A DNA stretch of 64,000 bases from a virus (Duplodnaviria; Caudoviricetes). The notes below the pieces were generated by a model, which saw only the letters and a list, made by a program, of their open reading frames with translations, ran no database searches and was not told the DNA's origin. Below, in pieces: positions 24,954-33,271 of this stretch. Positions within the stretch are counted from its first letter, which is position 1; every line of letters starts with the position of its first letter. Location: positions 1 through 64,000 of IMG/VR virus record IMGVR_UViG_3300016657_000022. One strand, given 5' to 3'. A program made the position numbers and the translations under genes.

Positions 24954-25755
24954 TTATGAAAGGGCGTAGTCCGTGGCCATGATGTCCTGCCAGAGTTCAG
25001 GATCCAGCTTACCGATTTCCACCTTGCGACCGATGATCTGGGAGATCAGGTCGCTGAGCAGCTCGCTCTTGGCGATCAGCATCAGTTGACGTGCGTACTG
25101 GATACGCAGATCATTGGCGTAGTTCGGATGGCAACGGAAACAGTCATGCACACTCAGAACCTTGAATGGCTTGTTGGGCAGACTCTCAAGCAGCTCCCAG
25201 ATGACGGCGGGATCGACATGTCCCAGATTATCCGCGTTGAGTACGTCGATGATACGCGCCGACAGATACCCTGTGCGGTTGTAATGGCCCCAGAGAGCCA
25301 CGACGAGCTTGTCATTGTCGGTCCCGGTGTTCTGACCGTAGGTTGCTTCACCGTCTGAGAGCAGATCATACAGGGCATTGACCTGTGTGACATTATAGTC
25401 ACACCGGCGTCCCATCTCCCGGCAGATCATGCCGTCGATGGAGTGGATGCTGTTCGCACCCAGAGACCTGCCCTCTTCCATCGGCTGGTTCACACGATGG
25501 AACACATCGAAGGGCTGGTTCAGGAAATGCACGGTCTCCTTGATGGAGTCCATGACCTTCACTTTGACGTGGAAGTTGTCGGGTAGCACCCAGTCATGGC
25601 TGAGTGCCTCGTTGTTCCAGAACGTGAGCATGGCCTCGTTGAGTTCCCATGCACCCGGTGCAGCTTCGCCCATGACGCCGTAGAACACGTCGAGCAGGGC
25701 ACCCTCACCGAAGATACGCTTGGGCACTGCCTTGCTGGAATACAGGGCCGTCATA
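24954..25755 (-). CDS. RNA polymerase II subunit 2 (N4 gp16-like), exon 2
   Basis: MTALYSSKAVPK...APGAWELN...WVLPDNFHV...GANSIHSIDG...LSVHDCFRCHPNY; exon 1 plus exon 2 = 1227 nt, 408 aa. Confidence 0.92.
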
Positions 25756-26574
25756 CAATTCTTCAACTTGGTTCGTTAATCCAAGCCAGCAGCATTACCT
25801 GCATCTCCACATTGCTGTGGAGTTGGGACTATATCATACCACACTGAGGTTTATCAGTGGGTCCGGGCGCTTCGATAGCACTTGCTACCTACTCTACTAG
25901 ATTCAGCTTATGCTGCCGTTCGATAGTCTCTGCACCTTCCGATATTCCAAGATAGCCTCACACATCTCATAAAGATGCTCAATGTGAAGCTCGCCTTTGG
26001 CACGGTTTACGCACCAAGCAAGCCATTGAACATTATCCGGTGTGTAGCCTTTTGACGGATCTTTTTGATCCAAGGACAGGCACAGCGGATGCTCCTTTTC
26101 GAGATTAAGGGGAGCACCTGTCAAAGCACATGAACGCTTTTGTTTGATGAACAACTCGTAGAGTTGATCGGCAGTCACCACAGGGGGTTCTTTGCCTAGC
26201 TTTTTGCATCTACCACGGGCGTCAACCAGTCGTTGGCGTATTGCTGACATCAGCAAACGATCTTCTTCTGGAATTGCCTTGAGCTTGCCTGACCCTCGAT
26301 AACCGGGACGGGCTTTACGCCATTCAGCCGCTCGCTGTGCATTGCACTGCTTGCAGTAAGAATGGTGTGTCCTATGGGCATTTTTGAAACTGCTTGAGGA
26401 CTTAGCTCTGGTGAATTGGTCAATGTTTTTGACCTCACCACATTGGTTGCATTTCTTGGTTTGCATATACCACCTAACTGGAAGTGATATATGCATATCG
26501 GCTTGGCTCATGATTGTCCACTAGGGATGTTCCATGAGTTCACCCGGTTTTAAGGCCACCATGCTTATTGGTTA
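25756..26574 (-). mobile_element. Group I self-splicing intron (819 nt) with an endonuclease ORF
   Basis: P1: exon AGGCCAU pairs IGS GUGGCCU with a U.G splice pair; GAACUCAUGGAA...CAAUCAUGAGCCAAG core; P7 GAGACUA (25924-30) and AUGAUAUAGUCC (25826-37); terminal G; removal restores KEAI-MTALY in frame. Confidence 0.92.
25903..26466 (-). CDS. Intron-encoded HNH-like homing endonuclease
   Basis: ATG 26466 after AGGTGG; N-terminal CNQC...CKQC; CALTG...LSLDQKDPSKGYTPDNVQWLAWCVNRAK. Confidence 0.85.
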   Translation of the reverse strand: MQTKKCNQCGEVKNIDQFTRAKSSSSFKNAHRTHHSYCKQCNAQRAAEWRKARPGYRGSGKLKAIPEEDRLLMSAIRQRLVDARGRCKKLGKEPPVVTADQLYELFIKQKRSCALTGAPLNLEKEHPLCLSLDQKDPSKGYTPDNVQWLAWCVNRAKGELHIEHLYEMCEAILEYRKVQRLSNGSIS

Positions 26575-26999
26575 ATGGCCTCTTTCACCTCGTCACGCTT
26601 GATCTTACTCTCCTCGTTGATGAGAGCCAGCATCATCTGATAGATGACGGTGTAGCCGTCCCGGCGCTGAGCCTCAGCTTCTTCGCCGAAGACATAGGGC
26701 ACGACGTTGCACAGCTCGGCACTCTTCCGGCAGCCGGTGAGAGCAGCCAAGAGCTGCAATCCAGAGCTGGTGGCATCCAGCGAGATCATGTAGCCGCTGG
26801 GCGTACCCGACATAGCGTCGATGTAAGCCTTGCAGCCAGCATAGAACATAGCCGGTTCCTTGGCTTTGGGCATCAGCTCGCCCATGCGATCCTCATTCTC
26901 GTCGAACCATGCGATACGCTGGTTCCACGTCAGCTTGTCGTGGCCATACGAGTTGGCGATGTCGATCTTGAGGTACTGAAGTGCGGTGAAGGTTTGCAT
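26575..26999 (-). CDS. RNA polymerase II subunit 2 (N4 gp16-like), exon 1
   Basis: MQTFTALQYLKIDIANSYGHDKLTW...motif A ISLDATSSGLQLLAALTGC...KRDEVKEAI. Confidence 0.92.
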
Positions 27000-27026
27000 A
27001 TCTCTGCTCCTAGCTTCTTGAGATGA

Positions 27027-27263
27027 TTAGAAATCTTGGTCTTGGTCTTCACACCGTTCATCAATGTGAAGGATCGTGCCTTCCAAGTGAGCACGGTGGT
27101 AGATCTTGAACTCGTCCTCTCCGAAGAGCTGCTCGCAATCAGCGAACGTCTCGACGGAACGGTCTTCGTTGTAGATCAGGCAGGGATGCCGGAGGTTTCC
27201 GGCAATGGGCTTCTGGATCTTGACGATGAGAGTCTCATCGTCCGTGGTTTGGGTGGTAGCCAT
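27027..27263 (-). CDS. Small acidic hypothetical protein
   Basis: ATG 27263 inside the HNH 3' end; LIVKIQKPI...CLIYNEDRS...KIYHRA. Confidence 0.55.
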   Translation of the reverse strand: MATTQTTDDETLIVKIQKPIAGNLRHPCLIYNEDRSVETFADCEQLFGEDEFKIYHRAHLEGTILHIDERCEDQDQDF

Positions 27264-27735
27264 ACAGCTTTTCCATTTCCTTGCGGGCTGTGCAGGCGAG
27301 GTCGAAAGCTCCTTGCTCGCCATACTTTTTGATGGAGAAAGTCTTGATGACCTGCTTGCCGTTGGTGTCGTGGCAGGTGGCCCGCCACATGGCGACTTTC
27401 TGATTGCCCCGGCGTGTGGTTTCCCAACGCGATACGCCTTGCACACCAGAGGTGTTAGTCGCTCTCTTTTTGCGATTACGTTTTTGGTGTGCTTGGGGAA
27501 TACACCTCAAATTATCGAGGCGATTGTCAGTGCGATTACCGTTGATGTGGTCAATTTCCCAGCCTGCTGGGATAGGTCCATAGATCTGTTCCCAGATCCA
27601 ACGGTGTAGGTAATGGACCACATTATCACGGGAGATACGGATATAACCGTTCTCCCCATTGGCGTCTGACGCAGGATAGCACTGGGCAAGATCGTATGCT
27701 GATCCTGCCCAGTATTTTGGCGGTTTACGCGACAT
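27235..27735 (-). CDS. Free-standing HNH-AP2 homing endonuclease
   Basis: LHRWIWEQIYGPIP...IDHINGNRTDNRLDNLR...NTSGVQGV...FSIKKYGEQGAFDLA. Confidence 0.9.
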   Translation of the reverse strand: MSRKPPKYWAGSAYDLAQCYPASDANGENGYIRISRDNVVHYLHRWIWEQIYGPIPAGWEIDHINGNRTDNRLDNLRCIPQAHQKRNRKKRATNTSGVQGVSRWETTRRGNQKVAMWRATCHDTNGKQVIKTFSIKKYGEQGAFDLACTARKEMEKLYGYHPNHGR

Positions 27736-27766
27736 CGTTTGATCTCCTTAGTGATACCCAAGGGAG

Positions 27767-28600
27767 TTATATGTCGATAATCTCCTTATCTGCAAGCTCT
27801 ATAACTGCCTTATTCCACGGTGCTCCCTGGTACGTCACGTGGTAGCCCTGACAGTAGATGCGGCCACGCTTGTCGTACTTGTGGGTCAGGTAGAACGAGT
27901 CTCCTGCCTCTTCCAACTTAGCGTGGACATCATGGCAGGTGCGGTCGTACTTCTCGAAGGCACGAACACGCTTCTCGAAGTCCTGACGGCTCTCCCCCTC
28001 CTTGGGCTTGTCAAGGTTACGCCACGAGTTGCGTACCATCGTAGCCGTGTCGGTGTTGATGGTGAGTCGGATGGCATTCTGCCTGTTGATGTGATCGAGA
28101 CACACATCATCGCTGTGGTGGTTCTTCTTCAGGATGATCGAACCACGGTTGAGTACGTAGCCCGTGTCCCGGTTGGTCTTCACTTCCCTTGGTTCGATCA
28201 CCATGGGCAGAGGGAACTGGAAGCGATCCAGCTCTTCCTGCACGTCGTCGCTGATCGTGATGGCCACGACCAGTCTCTCTTGCACCGGGTGCCAGTGGCA
28301 GAGGTCAAGCTCACACATCTTGATGATGAGTTCGACGACCTCCTGAGCCGTATCGCAGTGGCTCCTGAGCACGCCTACGATGGTCGGCAAGGGAGCACGC
28401 TTGTGGAGGGCCATCTGGACCAGCAGGGCATAGCCGAAGTCCAGCGGAATGCCGTTGCTCTGGAAGATGGCACTGAAGTCGATCTCCTTGCAGCCGGTGA
28501 ACTCGGCCTTGATACGAGGGATGAGCTGGTTCTTTGAGAATAATTGCTCAAGTTCAATTTGCTTTTTCATAAGATCTGCGTCTTGCATCTCGATCTCCAT
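27767..28600 (-). CDS. RNA polymerase II subunit 1 (N4 gp15-like)
   Basis: FQFPLPMVIEP, GSIILKKNHH, LDHINRQN, HKYDKRGRIYCQGYHVTYQG. Confidence 0.93.
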   Translation of the reverse strand: MEIEMQDADLMKKQIELEQLFSKNQLIPRIKAEFTGCKEIDFSAIFQSNGIPLDFGYALLVQMALHKRAPLPTIVGVLRSHCDTAQEVVELIIKMCELDLCHWHPVQERLVVAITISDDVQEELDRFQFPLPMVIEPREVKTNRDTGYVLNRGSIILKKNHHSDDVCLDHINRQNAIRLTINTDTATMVRNSWRNLDKPKEGESRQDFEKRVRAFEKYDRTCHDVHAKLEEAGDSFYLTHKYDKRGRIYCQGYHVTYQGAPWNKAVIELADKEIIDI

Positions 28601-28869
28601 TACAAAAAAGGGTTAAACTCCATTAACATCTTGCTAATTGCCAAGGGCACTTCAGCATTGTTATTACAGACGGTAATGGCTGCATCATAGTCAAGAGAAC
28701 TGTGATTGACGGTAGCCGAGATCTGTCCTGTAGACAGAATCTCAATCTCGAAGTTGTAGCCACGTTGTAGCAGTTTGTCTGCTTTGGCTTCTACTTCTGG
28801 AGCCAGAGAGATGGTTATTTCGCGGGTGTGACCGTGCGGCAGAATAAACTGTGTGAACTTAATGCTCAT
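28600..28869 (-). CDS. AT-rich hypothetical protein
   Basis: ATG 28869; FTQFILPHG...FEIEILSTGQIS; coupled on both sides. Confidence 0.65.
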   Translation of the reverse strand: MSIKFTQFILPHGHTREITISLAPEVEAKADKLLQRGYNFEIEILSTGQISATVNHSSLDYDAAITVCNNNAEVPLAISKMLMEFNPFL

Positions 28870-29117
28870 CAGAGTTGCTCCGTAATAGTCGTGACCTTGA
28901 AGGCGTGAACCCTCGCGGCATTGTGCTTGTGGGTCTTGAACTGGGCAGCCGACCACTTTTCCAACAGCTCCAAGCTGCTGAAGCTCATGACCACACGGCC
29001 CGAGCTTGCACGGATCTGATATTCCGTCTTGGTTTGAACCGAGGTCTCTGCCTCATTGGTTCCCGGCAGCGGGAGATCTGCTGCCTGAGCAGCAATGGTT
29101 GATTTACAGGGCTTCAT
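28869..29117 (-). CDS. Hypothetical protein
   Basis: ATG 29117 after GAAAGGAAG. Confidence 0.55.
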   Translation of the reverse strand: MKPCKSTIAAQAADLPLPGTNEAETSVQTKTEYQIRASSGRVVMSFSSLELLEKWSAAQFKTHKHNAARVHAFKVTTITEQL

Positions 29118-29128
29118 GCGTCTTCCTT

Positions 29129-29476
29129 TCAATCAGGTAGGGTGATAGTAATTGCGACGACTTCCATGTCCTCGCGACGACGATGCGGTGTGGGTGTGAC
29201 GCTGATGTCCTCGTAGTAGCCGTCCCATTGGTCGCCACCACGATGAGCCGTGAACTTGCCTTGCAGCCACGAGGAGAGCAGATTGTTGGCTGCTTTCTTG
29301 GTGGTGTAGCTGCGGATCTGCATGTCCTTCTCATAGCGAGGAGGCCAGCTTGAGCGATCTGCGAAGTCCACTGGTTCAAGGTGTGAGCCACCTCGGCCAT
29401 CACGACGCTGAGGTCGTGGGAGGTACATGTGCGTGCCTTTCACCCGAACCGCATATTCGGTCAGGTGGACAGGCAT
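29129..29476 (-). CDS. Phage hypothetical protein
   Basis: TAATG-coupled start; YLPRP...GRGGSHLEP...SWLQGK...PHRRREDMEVV. Confidence 0.7.
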   Translation of the reverse strand: MPVHLTEYAVRVKGTHMYLPRPQRRDGRGGSHLEPVDFADRSSWPPRYEKDMQIRSYTTKKAANNLLSSWLQGKFTAHRGGDQWDGYYEDISVTPTPHRRREDMEVVAITITLPD

Positions 29477-29950
29477 TAGAACGTGCCCCAGATGTTGTAG
29501 CCAGCCTGCCTCATCTCGCCGGTGGCTGCGAAGTAGTGCATCCACACGTTGTCGAAATAGAGGTTGGGATAGCTGGCCTTGTCGCAGTGGACGAACATCG
29601 GTGCGATGTCCTCGTGCCTGAGACCGGCAAGGCCACAGCCAATGCAGGTCATCTGGAACGTCAGCTCAGGGTGGCCACGAACATATGCGAGGAAGCCCTG
29701 CACATAGTCCTTGATGGTGCTGAGGCTCAGCGTGTCACCGACCACCATGCTCTCGCTGTTGCGACCCTCATGGTTGCGGATCATCTTGAAGCCCTTGGTG
29801 GGGATGGCGAAGCTCTGACCGAAATGGCCATAGCTCAGTCCCCAACGGGCACCACGTTCCTTGTATGCGAAACGGGCGGCACCGCCTCCGTGGATACCAG
29901 CTTCATTACTGCCGAAACACGAAGACCATTTTGTTCGTCTGAACAGTCAT
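29476..29950 (-). pseudogene. N4 gp14-like (FVFGSN/A1S_2505-type, macro-like) gene with a +1 frameshift at 29915-29917
   Basis: GGAGG RBS; GTG TTT C GGC AGT AAT; removing one T gives MTVQTNKMVFVFGSNEAGIHGGGAA...IPTK...TCIGCGLAG; 475 nt = 158 codons + 1. Confidence 0.85.
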
Positions 29951-29953
29951 GAT

Positions 29954-30595
29954 CTACCTCCTTTGTTTTGATGTGTTGATTGGGGTTGTCAGAGCAGTAA
30001 TAATATCCATGCTCTGACGCGATTGTCGTTGTTTTACTCTGGCATAACTGATGCCAAAATGTTTGCACCATCCTGAGATGGTGTTCTGAACTCCATTGAT
30101 AGTAATCATTTTGGAGTTGGTGCTGTTGGTTGCTTGAGTTTGTCTGGTTGCCCAGACGCAATTGGTGGGTTCGTAGTCCTTGGTTCCATCCAACCTTTCA
30201 ATTGTATGGTCCTTGGGTCTCGGCCCCATGTCTGCGAAGAAATTCTCAAACCCATTTGGTCCAGACCACCGGGCACAGACAGAGATGTGCTGGTAAATTC
30301 CGGGCTGCCCGCACCTCTGGTGCATGGCAACCCAAGATCTGTAAGCGCCTGTGTGATTTCCACGTTCAGCTTGACCGTGTTTTATATTGGTGTTTGTAAC
30401 CGACTCTGATCGGAAGCATCCGCAAGATGTAGTGTTGAGATGCCTTACCCATGCGATAGGCCTTTCAATGATATTGCCACAATCGCACTCAAAGAATGCT
30501 GCTCTGGCTTTGCCCTGCTTGGGTGCCTCGCCTTGATATGTCAGGCGTGTATTGGGAAACCTCTGGCCGACTTGATATTGGATAGCTGCTGGCAT
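29954..30595 (-). CDS. Free-standing HNH-type homing endonuclease
   Basis: AT-rich; CDCG...TTSCGC...YRSWVAMHQRC...FENFFADMGPRP...TIERLDGTKDYEPTNCVWAT. Confidence 0.88.
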   Translation of the reverse strand: MPAAIQYQVGQRFPNTRLTYQGEAPKQGKARAAFFECDCGNIIERPIAWVRHLNTTSCGCFRSESVTNTNIKHGQAERGNHTGAYRSWVAMHQRCGQPGIYQHISVCARWSGPNGFENFFADMGPRPKDHTIERLDGTKDYEPTNCVWATRQTQATNSTNSKMITINGVQNTISGWCKHFGISYARVKQRQSRQSMDIITALTTPINTSKQRR

Positions 30596-30642
30596 TTTTG
30601 TCTCCTTGTATCCCTAAGGATAACAACCAAAGACAAACATGT

Positions 30643-30681
30643 CTAGCTACCGAACACGAAGATCATCTTGTTCAATTCCAT
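30643..30681 (-). pseudogene. Stranded original 5' end of the gp14-like gene (MELNKMIFVFGS*)
   Basis: Aligns codon-wise with NKMVFVFGS of the downstream copy; AAAGGA RBS; overlaps the upstream stop. Confidence 0.8.
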
Positions 30682-31220
30682 GGCACGCTGTCCTTTTCGT
30701 TGACGAAGGCGACGAGAGCTTCCAGCTCATCGTCCAGTCTGATGTTGAAGGTAGGAATGGCGAAGGTCTTGGCGATCCTGAGCGAGTGATTGGTGCCACC
30801 GAAATAGTCGGCTGCACCCTCTTCGCTCTGCCAGTAGATCACCATGTCCACGGGCAGATCTGCATCCTGTCCCAGAATGATGTTCACATTCCGGTTCATG
30901 AGCTGCTGATAAGCGGGACGCATGGTGTCGTACTTGGTGTGGTGCATGGCAGCGATGTGCCTCACTTTGTCGCTGTCATTGCCGACCATGTAGCAGTCGT
31001 AATGAGGTGCGTCGTTGAAGCCCGGCTTGGGAATGAAGATCTCCTTCATGTCCACAGGAGCACCAGCACCAAAGGCTTGGTCAGCTCCCTTACCGTGGCC
31101 ACTTCTCAGCAACCACTGACTGCCAGCAAGCTGTGATGCAATCTCGCTCATGATGGGTAACACCGTTAAAGGTGTCACGCGTGGACCAATTCCACCATAA
31201 AGTTTCTGGGTCATATTCAT
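30672..31220 (-). CDS. DprA/SLOG-like nucleotide-binding protein
   Basis: ATG 31220; LYGGIGPRVTP...LLRSGHGKGADQAF...RNVNIILG...GGTNHSLRIA..IPTFN. Confidence 0.8.
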   Translation of the reverse strand: MNMTQKLYGGIGPRVTPLTVLPIMSEIASQLAGSQWLLRSGHGKGADQAFGAGAPVDMKEIFIPKPGFNDAPHYDCYMVGNDSDKVRHIAAMHHTKYDTMRPAYQQLMNRNVNIILGQDADLPVDMVIYWQSEEGAADYFGGTNHSLRIAKTFAIPTFNIRLDDELEALVAFVNEKDSVPWN

Positions 31221-31521
31221 TACGCAATGCTCCTCCGCGTCTTTTGTCGTGTTGAATGTTGTATCGAACGTACTGAAGCAGTCCGTCGATGACGAATGAG
31301 TCGTGAGTTTGTAGGATCTGACCATCAAACCTATGACCATGAATGTCACGTTCATTGGTGATGATCTTGATCTTATCTAACCGTCCAGACCATTTGGTTC
31401 TCACCCAGACCCACGATGCCGTGCTTAACACGTCACTCACTGTCTCTAGGAAGAAGCCATTCATCTCCTTGAGATGCTGGACAGCAAACTGTCTACGCTC
31501 GCTGACCAGAGCGTGTATCAC
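31090..31521 (-). CDS. Hypothetical protein (overlaps the next gene by 131 nt)
   Basis: GTGA-coupled start; the only ORF filling the 31221-31517 gap. Confidence 0.35.
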   Translation of the reverse strand: MIHALVSERRQFAVQHLKEMNGFFLETVSDVLSTASWVWVRTKWSGRLDKIKIITNERDIHGHRFDGQILQTHDSFVIDGLLQYVRYNIQHDKRRGGALRNEYDPETLWWNWSTRDTFNGVTHHERDCITACWQSVVAEKWPR

Positions 31522-31889
31522 CCTTTGGCCAGCTTTTCGATGAGCCTCTTCACCACATGAGCATGGGTGATATAAGGCTGCGGTACGCATCGAGTCTGAA
31601 GAATGATGCCACCGTTGACAGCTTTGTTGAAGATGTCATCGAGTGCAGTCATCACTTCTTGGTTCCCCAGCTTGAGCTGAGTCTCCAGCCAGATGTCATA
31701 CTCATCCACCTGATCGCTATATGAGCGAATGGTGTAGTCGTGACCGCCTCCACAATCAGTGCCTTGAGCACCGATCCTGATGTGTGACGGCAAAGCCAAA
31801 GGACCACTATCGACAGAGTAAGTCGAAGCAATGGCCTGTGCCCCATTCCGATTGTCGGAGTGGTCCACTTCGATGAAAGGCTTGCTCAT
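31518..31889 (-). CDS. Divergent DUF4326-like protein
   Basis: ATG 31889; YDIWL...LQTRCVPQPYITHAHVVKRLIE resembles the CxPxxCHxxVI motif. Confidence 0.5.
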   Translation of the reverse strand: MSKPFIEVDHSDNRNGAQAIASTYSVDSGPLALPSHIRIGAQGTDCGGGHDYTIRSYSDQVDEYDIWLETQLKLGNQEVMTALDDIFNKAVNGGIILQTRCVPQPYITHAHVVKRLIEKLAKG

Positions 31890-31990
31890 GGGCTTTAGGT
31901 ATCCTTCGCCGAAAGTTGAAAAAATCCAACTTATCCTTTTTAGGAAAGTTGGAATGTGAGTAGCGGTATGTTGGTGGTCCATCATACTGC

Positions 31991-32020
31991 AAAGAAAAGG
32001 GAGGAGCCGAAGCTCCTCCC
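31991..32020 (-). terminator. UUCG-capped intrinsic terminator after gp2
   Basis: GGGAGGAGC-TTCG-GCTCCTCCC-TTTTCTTT. Confidence 0.9.
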
Positions 32021-32026
32021 TCATAT

Positions 32027-32473
32027 TCAGAACGTGAAATCGTTCTCGTCTTCGATGTTGACGGACGGTGCCGATGCACCTGCACGACGACGCAGTTCGA
32101 TGCCGGTGTTGCGTTCCTTGTCGAACGACACGATCACGGCTTCGCCCGGTGCCAGCGTCTTCGCCTTGGCGAGCAGGCCGTCACGGAACTTGTTCTGACG
32201 CTGACGCAGCGTGGCCATGTCAGGCGTCGGAGCGACCTTGCGGTCGGTGATGTCGAACTCGTTCACCTGATCGAGCGGAATGCCGAGACCGAGGCTCACC
32301 CACGAGACCTGCTCGTTGCCATCGGCGTCGGTGTATGCCTTCGGATAGCCGAAGTTCAGCCAATATTCGGCCTGCGGACGGTCAGCACGCTGACCATTGC
32401 CCGATGCCTGAGCACCCGAGACGGGAGCTGCTTCACGGTTGACACCGGCGAACTGTGCGAGATTGAGGGTCAT
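32027..32473 (-). CDS. N4 gp2-like ssDNA-binding RNAPII coactivator
   Basis: YWLNFGY...WVSLGLGIPLD...LAPGE...IELRRR; early-region position. Confidence 0.82.
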   Translation of the reverse strand: MTLNLAQFAGVNREAAPVSGAQASGNGQRADRPQAEYWLNFGYPKAYTDADGNEQVSWVSLGLGIPLDQVNEFDITDRKVAPTPDMATLRQRQNKFRDGLLAKAKTLAPGEAVIVSFDKERNTGIELRRRAGASAPSVNIEDENDFTF

Positions 32474-32538
32474 GATATGTACTCCAAGTTGATTGACGGG
32501 TTCAGGAACAAACCCAAGAAAATGAATGAATTAACGGA

Positions 32539-32802
32539 TTACTTGATGACGACAGGCTGAATGTTTAGCGAGATCTGGTTCGCACGACGGTAGATATTGT
32601 CGATGCGGAGCTGGAGAAACACCACCATGGACTGGCGGATATTCTCGAACTTGGGATCGCTCTTGTCCAAGGACACCGAGCGGTTGAAGAACTCGACCTT
32701 CAGCTTTTCCAGCTTCGGATCGTTGAGTTCATTGAGCTGATCCTGAGCAACCTTGAGGCTCTCGACGAGCTTGGTTGCTTCCTTGAGATGTTCAGGCTTC
32801 AT
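32539..32802 (-). CDS. Early hypothetical protein
   Basis: 87 aa, TGATG-coupled. Confidence 0.65.
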   Translation of the reverse strand: MKPEHLKEATKLVESLKVAQDQLNELNDPKLEKLKVEFFNRSVSLDKSDPKFENIRQSMVVFLQLRIDNIYRRANQISLNIQPVVIK

Positions 32803-32987
32803 CAGAGAATGATCCTTTGCTTGTTGTAGTGCTCACGCACCAGCTTGACATTGCGGATGTGGATGATGGTGCCGTACCCGAGGTACAGAGCACCGATGAC
32901 ACCGAGAGGGTCGATGTCGAAATGGTAGCTCATGAGAATGAGCACCAAGCCCACGAGCGTGGGCAAGATCGGAAGGGTCTTAGTCAA
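32802..32987 (-). CDS. 61-aa two-TM membrane protein
   Basis: GGAG RBS, TTG start; LPILPTLVGLVLILM...PLGVIGALYLGYGTII. Confidence 0.55.
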   Translation of the reverse strand: MTKTLPILPTLVGLVLILMSYHFDIDPLGVIGALYLGYGTIIHIRNVKLVREHYNKQRIIL

Positions 32988-33138
32988 CCTTGTTCTCCTG
33001 TTTGATTTTGCTGGTGGCCCAGCAATAGATGAGAGCACCGACGACGATGAACAGGCCATATTTGCTGGCCTTCTCGTGGCTGAGCACGATCATCATGCTG
33101 CCCATTATGAGGAAGGGCAAAGCCTTGACGTAAGCCAT
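32980..33138 (-). CDS. 52-aa two-TM membrane protein
   Basis: TAATG-coupled; MAYVKALPFLIMGSMMIVLSHEKASKYGLFIVVGALIYCWATSKIKQENKVD. Confidence 0.6.
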   Translation of the reverse strand: MAYVKALPFLIMGSMMIVLSHEKASKYGLFIVVGALIYCWATSKIKQENKVD

Positions 33139-33269
33139 TAGTAGTGATCCCAGTCAGAACTGGAGATCGCCTTGAAGCTGGCCTTGATCGAACGCCATAC
33201 CTTCCTGATGGTCAGGAAGATGACGTAGAGAACGATCACGACGATGAGGTGTGCAAGTCCGTTTTCCAT
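33138..33269 (-). CDS. 43-aa single-TM membrane protein
   Basis: AAAGGA RBS; MENGLAHLIVVIVLYVIFLTIRKVWRSIK... Confidence 0.6.
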   Translation of the reverse strand: MENGLAHLIVVIVLYVIFLTIRKVWRSIKASFKAISSSDWDHY

Positions 33270-33271
33270 TG

